The notes: a model not told the origin generated them from the letters alone. Shown: positions 42,007-51,316, counted from the stretch's first letter. The stretch is DNA of 64,000 nucleotides from Patescibacteria group bacterium (GCA_049322955.1 JBMOPU010000012.1:472150-536149); one strand, 5' to 3'. Translations and numbers: made by a program.

Positions 42007-42082
42007 AGAAGTACCCGGCTACTCTTAAAAGACCCATAGTATATTCCTTTACGGCCAAAATAGCAAGTACGGTCAATACCCG

Positions 42083-43888
42083 TCACTTCACCGTGACGCT
42101 TTTGGCCAGATTTCTCGGCATATCGGGATCAAAACCTCGTTCCATCGTGAGGTAATATGCCATCAGCTGGCCGATCACCACATTGGGAATGATGGTCACT
42201 TCACCCACGTCGGGGACGGGGATATACTCGTCAAATACTTCCTCCCGCACCGGCGAAATACCGATGATATGTGCTCCCCGAGCCTTCATTTCCATCGCAT
42301 TGGCGATAGCGCTCGCGTGATGGATGTCATTGGGTGCGTACACGATACACGTAGCACTTTTGGTAATTAACGCCAGCGGTCCGTGTTTGAGTTCTCCCGC
42401 CGAGACTCCTTCCGCGTGGATATAGGATATTTCCTTTATCTTAAGCGCACATTCAAGTACGGTGCTGTACGATATACCCCGACCTACCACGAAAAGATGC
42501 TCGCTGTTTTTAAGCGTATGCGCGATATCCTGGATTTTTGCGACGGTTTCGTTCTTTAACACCTCACGACAAGCTTTGGCCGCCTGCGCAACAAGTGATT
42601 GCCCGGTGCGGATGTCGCCCCGCATGGCATACGCCATCAGAAGCAGTTGTGCTACCATCGCGGTAAATGCTTTTGTGGAAGCGACTCCTTTTTCCGGACC
42701 CGCTCCTATGGGGAGCGCCATATCGGATGTCCGCCACAGTGACGAATTGACGACATTAACAAGCGAAAGGACTTTGGCATGATTCGCTTTTGCGTGTTTG
42801 ACTACGTCCAAAAGATCCATGGTTTCGCCCGATTGGGATAAAAAGAGCATGACCGAGTCCTTCGGCAGTATGTCGATATGGTGATGCATTTCCGTCGGAC
42901 TGCTCCAGTTGGTTATCTTTTTGGCGACCGTCGCGAAATAATACGAACCGGCCTGCGCCGCATATCCGCTGGTACCGCTACCCACAAGATAAATGCGGGA
43001 AGCGCTTTGCAATACTTTAGCCATCTCGGTTGCCTGGTGGGTTGATTCCGCGGCAATTTCAGTGAGTAATCCCGGCTGTTCATAAATCTCTTTCAGCATA
43101 AAGTACGGGTATTTGCCTTTTTCGGCCTCATCGGCCGTCCACGTGAGCAGTTGTTTCTTGGGTCGCACGCGTTCGCCGGTATAGGCGTTAAAGATATGGA
43201 TGTTTTCGCGCGTGACGACGACCATCTCGTCATCTTCAAGGAAATGTACCTGTTTGGTGTGCGGGAGCAGGGCCACCGGATCGCTTGCGAGGTAATTTTC
43301 CCCGTCGCCGAATCCCACGACCAACGGCGATCCGTTTCGTGCGGCTACCATTTCGTTTGCTGACGTATTGATGACGATGATGGCGTTTAACCCCTCCAGA
43401 TCCTTAAACGTCGCCTGGACGGCCTTGGAAAATGCCGGTGCCGCATCGCGGGGGAGCACGGTGAAATTTTTCAAATATTCTTCGACCAAATGGGCGATCA
43501 CCTCGGTATCGGTTTCGGATACGAATACGTGCCCCTGTTTCTTGAGGCGTTCACGCAGAACTTCATGATTCTCGACGATACCGTTATGGATGACGGCGAT
43601 CGTTTTCGTGCAATCAAGGTGCGGGTGGGCATTTTTGTCCGTTACGCCGCCGTGGGTGGCCCAACGGGTGTGGCCGAAGGCAAGCGCTCCTTCAGGCATG
43701 TCCGTAACGGTCGCTTTGCCGATTTTTCCCGCCTTCTTTTTGACCACTATTTTTTTGTCATTTTCATTCGACGGAACAACCGCGACACCCCAACTGTCGT
43801 AGCCACGATACTCCAGTGTTTTTAGTCCCGTAAGAACAATAGACGGCGCCGATTTTTTGGTACCGATATACCCGAAAATACCACACAT
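42083..43888 (-). CDS. glmS: Glutamine--fructose-6-phosphate aminotransferase
   Basis: MCGIFG, LEYRGYDS, GHTRWATHG, SQSGET, STKAF, PRNLAKSVTV. Confidence 0.97.
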   Translation of the reverse strand: MCGIFGYIGTKKSAPSIVLTGLKTLEYRGYDSWGVAVVPSNENDKKIVVKKKAGKIGKATVTDMPEGALAFGHTRWATHGGVTDKNAHPHLDCTKTIAVIHNGIVENHEVLRERLKKQGHVFVSETDTEVIAHLVEEYLKNFTVLPRDAAPAFSKAVQATFKDLEGLNAIIVINTSANEMVAARNGSPLVVGFGDGENYLASDPVALLPHTKQVHFLEDDEMVVVTRENIHIFNAYTGERVRPKKQLLTWTADEAEKGKYPYFMLKEIYEQPGLLTEIAAESTHQATEMAKVLQSASRIYLVGSGTSGYAAQAGSYYFATVAKKITNWSSPTEMHHHIDILPKDSVMLFLSQSGETMDLLDVVKHAKANHAKVLSLVNVVNSSLWRTSDMALPIGAGPEKGVASTKAFTAMVAQLLLMAYAMRGDIRTGQSLVAQAAKACREVLKNETVAKIQDIAHTLKNSEHLFVVGRGISYSTVLECALKIKEISYIHAEGVSAGELKHGPLALITKSATCIVYAPNDIHHASAIANAMEMKARGAHIIGISPVREEVFDEYIPVPDVGEVTIIPNVVIGQLMAYYLTMERGFDPDMPRNLAKSVTVK

Positions 43889-43962
43889 AGAAGCCTCCTT
43901 TGGCAGGTGATCCTATACGATGATAGGAAATAGTACGTTTTGAAGAATGTTGGGAGAGTAAC

Positions 43963-44222
43963 GGACTCCGTTGTTTGTCGTTCTATGCCTCGCATTACTG
44001 CGGGGTTTCTCGCAAACATTGCGGTGGGGAGTGCCACCGAGGGGTTTCCGCAGATACTACTCCTTCCTGGGTTACCCGACTACTGGTTTTCCCATCTCCT
44101 CCCTGAAAACGGGAAGAAGAGAAAGAATGTCCGATTTCTCCCGCCGTGGCGGGAGACCCCTTCCTCGTATCCCTCCTCTCAGTCTGGCTTTGCCGGACAG
44201 TGAGGGCGGGCCACACGCTTAT
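43963..44222 (-). ncRNA. glmS ribozyme, expanded variant
   Basis: On minus strand in order: AGCGUGUGG, P1, ACGAGG, AGGGGU, AUCG, CUGCGG, ACCCCU, P3 CGGUGG/CCACCG with loop CACUCC, P4.1 with GUAA loop, GGCAUAGA, GGAGU; directly upstream of glmS. Confidence 0.85.
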
Positions 44223-44293
44223 ATATTCTCTGGCGAAGCCAGATCCCGCTGTGCGGGACAATTACCGTTCTCTTTATGCTCCTTCCTTTCCGT

Positions 44294-44323
44294 ATCCTAC
44301 CGTTCCCGTTCTTGTATTGTCAA
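44294..44323 (-). promoter_or_regulatory. Sigma70-type promoter for glmS leader
   Basis: TTGACA-N18-TAGGAT on minus strand. Confidence 0.6.
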
Positions 44324-44362
44324 GAAATATAACCTGTGATACAACCACAGAAAGCAAATGTC

Positions 44363-44998
44363 ATGAAAGAACAAAACGAATATATTGCGGTCATGGGGAC
44401 GATGGGCAGTGGAAAAACGACAGCCGCCCAACTCTTAAGCAAAGAACTCCGATTTTCCCTTATTGAAGAAAACGTTAAAGAAAACGCGTTTTTACCCCGG
44501 TTTTACAAGGATATGAAACGATGGGCATTCCATTCTCAGGTATTTTTTCTGATGGAAAAGATTCGGCAGATGCTGGAAACAAAAAACATGCTGGTAAAAA
44601 CTTCTGTTGTGCAGGATACGCCGATCACGCAGGATGTCTTTTCGTACGCCAGGGCACAGCATGAATTGGGAAATATGGATGATGCCGAATGGGCGCTATA
44701 CCAGAAAATATATCATGAGTTCACTCCGCACTTTCCTCAGCCAGATCTTATCGTATTTTTGGATACCTCGATTCCCGCCATTGAACAGCGTATCGCCGCG
44801 CGCGGCAGGGGATTTGAACAGACGATTCCCACCGACTACCTGGAGCTTTTGGATAAACTCAACCGTCGTTGGCTGGAACAAAACACCACGATTCCCGTCG
44901 TCCGAATCCCTACCGATACCCTTGACATTGCACGAAACAGAGACGCCCAGGAACAATTTGTTTCCATCGTTCGTTCCGCGTTAAGTCGCAAAAAGTAG
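44363..44998 (+). CDS. Deoxynucleoside kinase (dck/dgk family)
   Basis: GTMGSGKTT, ENAFLPRFYKDMKRWAFHSQVFF, PDLIVFL, RIAARGRGFE. Confidence 0.9.
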   Translation: MKEQNEYIAVMGTMGSGKTTAAQLLSKELRFSLIEENVKENAFLPRFYKDMKRWAFHSQVFFLMEKIRQMLETKNMLVKTSVVQDTPITQDVFSYARAQHELGNMDDAEWALYQKIYHEFTPHFPQPDLIVFLDTSIPAIEQRIAARGRGFEQTIPTDYLELLDKLNRRWLEQNTTIPVVRIPTDTLDIARNRDAQEQFVSIVRSALSRKK

Positions 44999-45666
44999 TG
45001 TACACTACGAAAACTATGCAAAAAATTTCCGGCATTTCGGTTTGTATATGGGATTTCGACGGCACCTTGTACAAACAACAGCCTGAGTTATGGGACAATA
45101 TCCGCGAATCGGAAATACGGGTCGTGCAAAAATACACGGGCTGGAGTGAGGAAAAGGCAAAAGCGGAGTTTTATAAGATTTACGGGGTACAAACTCCCAG
45201 CGGGACAAAAACGACCGCGTTGCTTACCGGGATTACCAATGCGCAGGCGTCCATCGAATCATCAGCGGGCACGAGTTATGAGAAGTACCTCAAAAAAGAT
45301 TCCAAGCTTACCGAACTCTTTGCCAAACTTTCGCATCTTACCCACTATATGCTTGTTAACGGGTCGCAGAGTTCCGTTCGAAGGGGAGCGGATCTGTTGG
45401 GCCTTGATACCGGGATATTTACCGAAATAGTGACGAGCGAAATAGTGGGAGAAACAAAACCCAGCCAAAAAGGATTCCGGTATATCCTCGAAAAAACGGG
45501 ACTTCCCGCCACGTCACATCTGATGGTCGGGGACAGGGAAAAAGTTGATTTGGCACCTGCCCGGGAATTGGGCATACGAACCTGTCTCGTGTGGCAGGAT
45601 ACGCCGGGTGACATTGCAGAGGTTACTCTTCCGACGGTGTATGATGTGGTAAGTGTGCTAGGATAA
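44998..45666 (+). CDS. HAD family hydrolase (nucleotidase-like)
   Basis: WDFDGTL, TKPS, VGDREKVD. Confidence 0.85.
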   Translation: MYTTKTMQKISGISVCIWDFDGTLYKQQPELWDNIRESEIRVVQKYTGWSEEKAKAEFYKIYGVQTPSGTKTTALLTGITNAQASIESSAGTSYEKYLKKDSKLTELFAKLSHLTHYMLVNGSQSSVRRGADLLGLDTGIFTEIVTSEIVGETKPSQKGFRYILEKTGLPATSHLMVGDREKVDLAPARELGIRTCLVWQDTPGDIAEVTLPTVYDVVSVLG

Positions 45667-45670
45667 CACT

Positions 45671-46780
45671 ATGCGGATTTTCTTTACTGCGGCAACTACC
45701 AATAACGGTGATTACCTTACTCAGGAAAAAGCGATTGTTGCGGGTATAAAAAAGTTCGGTCACACCCTCACCTCCGGCGAACAGATACTCGACCACAAAA
45801 AACTTGCCAAAGATGCGGCTACCACGGCGGAAGAAATTTTTTACCGGGAAAAACAAGCCATTGACGAGGCCGATTGCGTCATTGCCGAAGTGACGAAACC
45901 CAGTAGCGGGGTCGGCGGAGAGTTGGTGTATGCGCTGACGCATCACAAACCGGTCTTGGCGCTTTTTTACAAAGATGCCCCGAATGAACTTTCAACCATG
46001 ATTTCCGGGAATCCTTCCGACCACTTATTTCTCGAGCATTACGATGAAGACAGCTTATCGATCATCATGAAGCATTTTCTGGAACAAGTTGAAGTGGAAA
46101 AAAACAGGCGCGGCAAACTGATCGTGATCGACGGCGGGGACGGATCGGGGAAAACCACCCAGGCACAGCTTTTGACGTCCTATTTTACCGACCGGGGAGT
46201 ACCGGTGAAATCATTTGATTTCCCGAGGTATTATAGTTCCTTCCACGGAAAAATGGCGGGGAGGTTTTTGGCGGGAGAATTCGGTGAAAACGTATCTCCC
46301 TACCTTGCATCGCTTGCCTATGCGCTTGATCGGGCGAGTGCGAAAGAAGAAATGGATTTATGGCTTTCCCACGGAGGAATTATCGTCTCTAACCGCTATG
46401 CGACCAGTAATATGGCGCACCAGGGAGCACGCCTTCCGGAAAAAGATCGGAAAGAATTTTTGGCATGGATCGATGAGCTGGAGTACAAAGTTCACAAAAT
46501 TCCCCGTGAAGATATCGTGATTTATCTGCATGTCCCGTGGCAAATAGGGATGGAGCTTACCAAGAAAAAAGGAGAGCGGGCATATCTGGGTGAGAAAAGC
46601 GATATTTTGGAAGCCGATGTCCGCCATCGGCAGGCCTCCGAGGATATGTATCTGACACTTGCCCGTGAACGAGTTGGCTGGGAGCTTATTGAATGTGCGG
46701 AAAACGGTTTAATTCTTCCGAAAGAGGCAATTCACCAAAAAGTGCTCGATGTTTTAAAAAAACGCGGTATCATTACGTAA
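45671..46780 (+). CDS. tmk: Fusion of nucleoside-monophosphate N-glycosidase (DNPH1/RCL/NDT family) and thymidylate kinase
   Basis: N-term ADCVIAEVTKPSSGVGGEL..KPVLAL; C-term IDGGDGSGKTTQ, FDFPRY, YALDR, NRYATSNMAHQ. Confidence 0.85.
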   Translation: MRIFFTAATTNNGDYLTQEKAIVAGIKKFGHTLTSGEQILDHKKLAKDAATTAEEIFYREKQAIDEADCVIAEVTKPSSGVGGELVYALTHHKPVLALFYKDAPNELSTMISGNPSDHLFLEHYDEDSLSIIMKHFLEQVEVEKNRRGKLIVIDGGDGSGKTTQAQLLTSYFTDRGVPVKSFDFPRYYSSFHGKMAGRFLAGEFGENVSPYLASLAYALDRASAKEEMDLWLSHGGIIVSNRYATSNMAHQGARLPEKDRKEFLAWIDELEYKVHKIPREDIVIYLHVPWQIGMELTKKKGERAYLGEKSDILEADVRHRQASEDMYLTLARERVGWELIECAENGLILPKEAIHQKVLDVLKKRGIIT

Positions 46781-47380
46781 ATGACGACCATTTATCTTGT
46801 TCGCCACGGTCACTATGACAGTCCCTCTCCCGTAGCCCCGTACCGCCTTCCCGGATTCCACCTGTCCGCGCTCGGCAAGACGCAGGTGGCGGCACTCGCG
46901 GAGACACTCAAATCCGTCAAGCTCTCTGCGATATTTACCAGCCCCATGGAACGGACGCAGGAAACGGCGGCGATGATCGGCAAGCCCCATACTATTCACC
47001 CCATCGTCGATACCCGTCTGCTTGAGGTCCGTTCACCCCTTCAGGGGAAGACGCTAGAGGAAATTGAGGCTTTGGGAGGCTGGAATTGGCAAATCTATGA
47101 AACGGCATGGTATGCATCGCAAAAAGGTGAAACCATAAAAGAAATACAGGCGCGGGTGATATCGTGCATTGAAGAAAAACGCAAGGAATACCGCAACAAC
47201 GGGGTCGTGCTTGTTTCACACGGCGATCCGATTATGCTGGCTGTGGCCTATTATCGGGGGATAACGCCTACGATCGAACACCTGACCGCATTGCAACCGT
47301 ATGTGGCTATGGCAACCGGGTTCCGCATCATTTTTGAGGCTAAATCGGTTGTCGGAATATATCCTATAGTTGCTTCTTGA
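46781..47380 (+). CDS. Histidine phosphatase family protein
   Basis: LVRHG, SPMERTQET, VSHGDP. Confidence 0.9.
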   Translation: MTTIYLVRHGHYDSPSPVAPYRLPGFHLSALGKTQVAALAETLKSVKLSAIFTSPMERTQETAAMIGKPHTIHPIVDTRLLEVRSPLQGKTLEEIEALGGWNWQIYETAWYASQKGETIKEIQARVISCIEEKRKEYRNNGVVLVSHGDPIMLAVAYYRGITPTIEHLTALQPYVAMATGFRIIFEAKSVVGIYPIVAS

Positions 47381-47410
47381 CAAGAATGTTTTCGGGTGGT
47401 ATAAATATAA

Positions 47411-47444
47411 AAAGCGCCAAAAAGCTTTTTGAGGCGCCTTTTTT
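47411..47444. terminator. Probable intrinsic terminator
   Basis: GCGCC..aaaaagcttttt..GGCGC followed by a T tract. Confidence 0.5.
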
Positions 47445-47511
47445 ATTTTTAACAACGTACGGTATTTTTCTCAAGTAACGCCATCTGGCTCAGCCAGACG
47501 TAGGACACCAA

Positions 47512-48360
47512 ATGAAAAATCTGGAACAACAGTCGTCGCTTCAGTTTTCCCCTCAGTCTTTCACGCGCACGGAAAAATTACCCATTACCTTTGTGACCAG
47601 CTCCGACGGACACAACAAGGCCGCGGTATTTCAAAAATGGCTTCCCGATTGGGAAATCGGGCATCGCGAACCGCTGTTTAATGAGGATAAAATTCACCAA
47701 ACCGCTCCCCGGGACGAACACCGTCCGCAGGTGATTGCCGAGCACAAGGCAAAGGATGATATTGCCATGGCGCAAGCCATTTCGGGGATTGCCAATGCGA
47801 TCGTCGAGAATGCCGATTTATACACCGACGGTGATGAAAAAATGCTTCTTTACACCGACACGGTACAATTGGTGCACGTTTCCGATACGGAAACGGCAAT
47901 CCTCGAAAAGCCGGTGGGAGATCCCCTCGAGTGGGCGACCAATTCTCCGGAGGCAATGATTCAATCGGGCAAGGATATAGAGATCATCAATGCCTTAACG
48001 GGCATTCGTGCGGGCAAAAACGGTATTTCGGAACCGGCAACCGTTATCTTACACGTTAAAGCCACGATGCGTCCCTTCACCCGCGAAGATATCATCGCGT
48101 ATGCCAAAACCCCGGGTAATACCATTGCGCAAACATCGGGAGGCATCTCCATGGCAAACGGAGGACGGTCATTTTTGGATATGGATAAACCGTTAATTGT
48201 CAGTGTCGCCGATTCCATGGACGATATTCCTACCGAAATCATCCGGTACGATACCTGGCACCATGTTCCCAATGCCGCATTAAAGCCCTTCATTTGCGGT
48301 GCGGTAGAGCCCGCCGTTGAACGCCTGGTTGCAAAAACCAAGGTAGCCCCCCTAACGTAA
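47512..48360 (+). CDS. Maf-like protein (divergent nucleotide pyrophosphatase fold)
   Basis: TFVTSS, FNED, IAEHKAK, YTDTV, ILEKP, IIAY..SGG resemble Maf blocks. Confidence 0.55.
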   Translation: MKNLEQQSSLQFSPQSFTRTEKLPITFVTSSDGHNKAAVFQKWLPDWEIGHREPLFNEDKIHQTAPRDEHRPQVIAEHKAKDDIAMAQAISGIANAIVENADLYTDGDEKMLLYTDTVQLVHVSDTETAILEKPVGDPLEWATNSPEAMIQSGKDIEIINALTGIRAGKNGISEPATVILHVKATMRPFTREDIIAYAKTPGNTIAQTSGGISMANGGRSFLDMDKPLIVSVADSMDDIPTEIIRYDTWHHVPNAALKPFICGAVEPAVERLVAKTKVAPLT

Positions 48361-48363
48361 CGT

Positions 48364-48858
48364 ATGACAAGCCGATATGAATTGGCACAGCGTGCGGCGG
48401 ATGCCTACGATATCTATCGCGCCTATTTCGGTGTTCCCGAGGATCACGAGGCCTATGCCCGTTTTTTTACGCCGCCGGTGTGTAATAAGGCCGAACCCCG
48501 AATGCGCCGAATGATGGAAACAACAACCCGGCAGGGGGAACGGTTACTTTTGGGTACCCGCGTATGGGGACTTATGGAGAAGCGATATGTGTACGGACTT
48601 GAACGTTGGATACCGCATGCCCCGCAACGGGCACACCTTACGGTTGTGGTGAAAAATCCTCTTGCCGAAATAGCGGATGCCCTTTGTGAACGACTCGGGG
48701 TCCGGAACGCGCTTATCGTCTATGACAAATTGCCCATACCGCAAGTGCTCATGGGGGGAGTGATACGAAAAAGCGTCTATGCGATTCGTCCGGTGCTTGA
48801 AGGAGATGTCAAACAGGCTCTGCTTGCCCTCTGGAAAAAGCATGAAGTACTCCGATGA
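48364..48858 (+). CDS. Hypothetical protein
   Basis: 164-aa ORF tightly packed between Maf-like gene and glyA. Confidence 0.55.
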   Translation: MTSRYELAQRAADAYDIYRAYFGVPEDHEAYARFFTPPVCNKAEPRMRRMMETTTRQGERLLLGTRVWGLMEKRYVYGLERWIPHAPQRAHLTVVVKNPLAEIADALCERLGVRNALIVYDKLPIPQVLMGGVIRKSVYAIRPVLEGDVKQALLALWKKHEVLR

Positions 48859-50176
48859 TATAATGCGATATATGGATACGGATATCGCCTCCCTTATTGC
48901 GGAAGAAACCCGCCGCCAACAGGAAACACTTGCCATGATTCCGTCGGAAAACATCGTCTCTCCCGCGGTGCGCGACGCGTTGGGATCGGTCTTAACCAAT
49001 AAGTACTCCGAAGGATATAGCCACAAACGGTATTATCAGGGAAACAAAACGATCGATAAAGTGGAGGATATCGCAATAGAGCGTGCCAAAACATTGTTCA
49101 GCGTGCCGCACGTCAACGTACAACCGTATTCGGGTTCGCCGGCAAATAGTGCCGTATATTTCGGCTTGCTCAATCCCGGCGACACCATTATGGGGTTAAA
49201 ACTATCCGGCGGCGGGCATTTGACGCACGGACATCCCGACATCACCTTCTCCGGCAGGTATTTCCGTTCGGTGCAATATGACGTTACAAATGAGGGTTTC
49301 ATCGACATGGAGGCGGTAGCCCGACAGGCAACACAGGAAAAACCCCATCTTATCGTCGTTGGGACGACCGCATACCCTCGGATGTATGATTGGGCGGCGT
49401 GGCGTGCGGTTGCCGACTCGGTGGGAGCGCTCCTTCTTGCCGATATTTCACACATTGCGGGCTTGGTGGTCGGCGGCGTTCATCCGTCGCCCGTGCCTTT
49501 TGCCGACGTTGTGATGACGACCACGCATAAATCGTTGCGAGGACCGCGAGGCGCCATGCTCATGGTGACAGAGCGGGGACTCAAAAAAGATCCCGCCATG
49601 GCGGACAAAATCGACAAGGCGGTGTTTCCCGGTCTTCAGGGAGGACCCCATGACAATGTGACCGCCGCGATAGCGGTAGCACTGTATGAAGCAAGCCAGC
49701 CTTCTTTTACCGAGTACGCCAAACAAGTCGTACTCAACGCCAAAACACTGGCCGATACACTGCTGAGTGGCGGGATAACACTTACGACCGGCGGCACCGA
49801 TAACCATCTCATGGTTATCGATCTGCGTCCGCAAGGCACGGTAGGGAATGTTGTTGCCGAGGCGCTTGAATATGCGGGTATCGTGGTCAATAAAAACAGT
49901 GTGCCCCACGACACCAATCCGCCGTTTTATCCTTCCGGTATTCGTCTCGGCACTCCCGCACTCACGACCCGCGGTATGAAGGAAAAAGAAATGGCACAAA
50001 TAGGAAAATGGATTATTGATGTTATTGTTCGCATGCGTGCGTTTCAGCTTCCCGAAACAAAAGATGCACGTCGAACTTTTATGAGTTCGGTACGGAAGGA
50101 ACTTGCCGATGATGCGATTTTGCATGAAATCGCGGTTCAGGTTGCCAAATTGTGCGCGGCATTTCCGCTTCGCTGA
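48842..50176 (+). CDS. glyA: Serine hydroxymethyltransferase
   Basis: PSENI, TNKYSEGY, NVQPYSGS, GGHLTHG, TTTHKSLRGPRG, FPGLQGGPH. Confidence 0.97.
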   Translation: MKYSDDIMRYMDTDIASLIAEETRRQQETLAMIPSENIVSPAVRDALGSVLTNKYSEGYSHKRYYQGNKTIDKVEDIAIERAKTLFSVPHVNVQPYSGSPANSAVYFGLLNPGDTIMGLKLSGGGHLTHGHPDITFSGRYFRSVQYDVTNEGFIDMEAVARQATQEKPHLIVVGTTAYPRMYDWAAWRAVADSVGALLLADISHIAGLVVGGVHPSPVPFADVVMTTTHKSLRGPRGAMLMVTERGLKKDPAMADKIDKAVFPGLQGGPHDNVTAAIAVALYEASQPSFTEYAKQVVLNAKTLADTLLSGGITLTTGGTDNHLMVIDLRPQGTVGNVVAEALEYAGIVVNKNSVPHDTNPPFYPSGIRLGTPALTTRGMKEKEMAQIGKWIIDVIVRMRAFQLPETKDARRTFMSSVRKELADDAILHEIAVQVAKLCAAFPLR

Positions 50177-50285
50177 CGAATTTTGTATCATGACGTAAGG
50201 TGAATTGGACGGTGACACCTTTCGTATCCATCACCTGGATACCGGAAGTAGATTCGAACATCAGGGATTGGGGCTCACTTTCTTC

Positions 50286-50430
50286 TTGAAAAACACGGCA
50301 GATTCCGCTATACTCCCTATATTCCGCACATCAGGAAGTATCTCTGAGAAGCAATTCTTTCCCTGATGGAGGTTATAAAAGAGATACGCCGGACATTCAA
50401 ACGCCGTCGTATCGGCGTTTTTTTTATGGT
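50286..50430 (+). promoter_or_regulatory. rpsB promoter and structured S2 leader
   Basis: TTGAAA-N17-TATACT; stem CATCAGG/CCTGATG; GGAGGTTATAA; GTATCTCT/AGAGATAC pairing; hairpin with T tract. Confidence 0.7.
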
Positions 50431-50482
50431 TTGCTATAAAAAGTATTCATTCCAAAATTTGGAATAAGAAAGGAAGTTATTT

Positions 50483-51316
50483 ATGAAAGACATAACACTT
50501 GAGCAGTTATTGGAAGCGGGATGCCATTTCGGTCACAAAGCAGAGCGTTGGCACCCGAAAGCCTCGGAGTTTATCTGGGCGGAAAAAGACGGTATCCATA
50601 TTATCGATCTTGCCAAGACCAAACTCGGCCTTGATGCCGCGATTGGGTTCGTGCGCACGCTTGCCGAACAGGGGGGAACTCTCTTGTTTGTCGGTACCAA
50701 ACGGCAGGCACGGGGAGTCGTAAAATCCGCGGCGCTTACCGCCGGTGCAAGTTATCTTACCCAGCGTTGGATCGGCGGATTCATGACCAACTGGGAAGGA
50801 GTCCACAAAAACATCCAACGGATCGTCAAAATGATGGATGATCAGAAAAACGGTGGATGGAAGAAATTTCCCAAACACGAACAAACCAAAATGGGACGGG
50901 AACTTAATCGTTTAAACGTCGATTACGAAGGAGTATTGTCCTTAAACGAACTTCCCAAAGCGATTTTTGTCGTTGACGTCAAGAAAGAACAACTTGCCGT
51001 TCGTGAGGCAAAACGACTCAACATCCCGGTCATCGGGGTCGTTGATACCAATGCGGATCCGTCGCTTATCGATTATGTGATCCCCGCAAATGATGACGCC
51101 GTAGGATCCGTCGAGCTTGTCGTGAATGCGATTGCCGAAAGCTATCGCGAAGGGCGCGAAGTAGTGGAAAAGGAAGCGGCAAAAGCAAATCCTGCACCGG
51201 TCGCTAAGCCTGAAACAGCGGCGGCAAAGACCGAAGAAGTAGCGGAAAAAAAGGATGAACAACCCGCCAAAAAAGCGACAAAAACCAAAAAAGAAGCCAC
51301 TCCGGAAACCAAGTAA
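50483..51316 (+). CDS. rpsB: 30S ribosomal protein S2
   Basis: LLEAGCHFGH, FVGTKRQA, RWIGGFMTN, DTNADP, PANDDA. Confidence 0.97.
   Translation: MKDITLEQLLEAGCHFGHKAERWHPKASEFIWAEKDGIHIIDLAKTKLGLDAAIGFVRTLAEQGGTLLFVGTKRQARGVVKSAALTAGASYLTQRWIGGFMTNWEGVHKNIQRIVKMMDDQKNGGWKKFPKHEQTKMGRELNRLNVDYEGVLSLNELPKAIFVVDVKKEQLAVREAKRLNIPVIGVVDTNADPSLIDYVIPANDDAVGSVELVVNAIAESYREGREVVEKEAAKANPAPVAKPETAAAKTEEVAEKKDEQPAKKATKTKKEATPETK

Noticed and set aside
50177-50280. Weak hairpins after glyA (GTATCCA..TGGATAC)
   Set aside because: Short and not assignable; probably a terminator or decayed repeat
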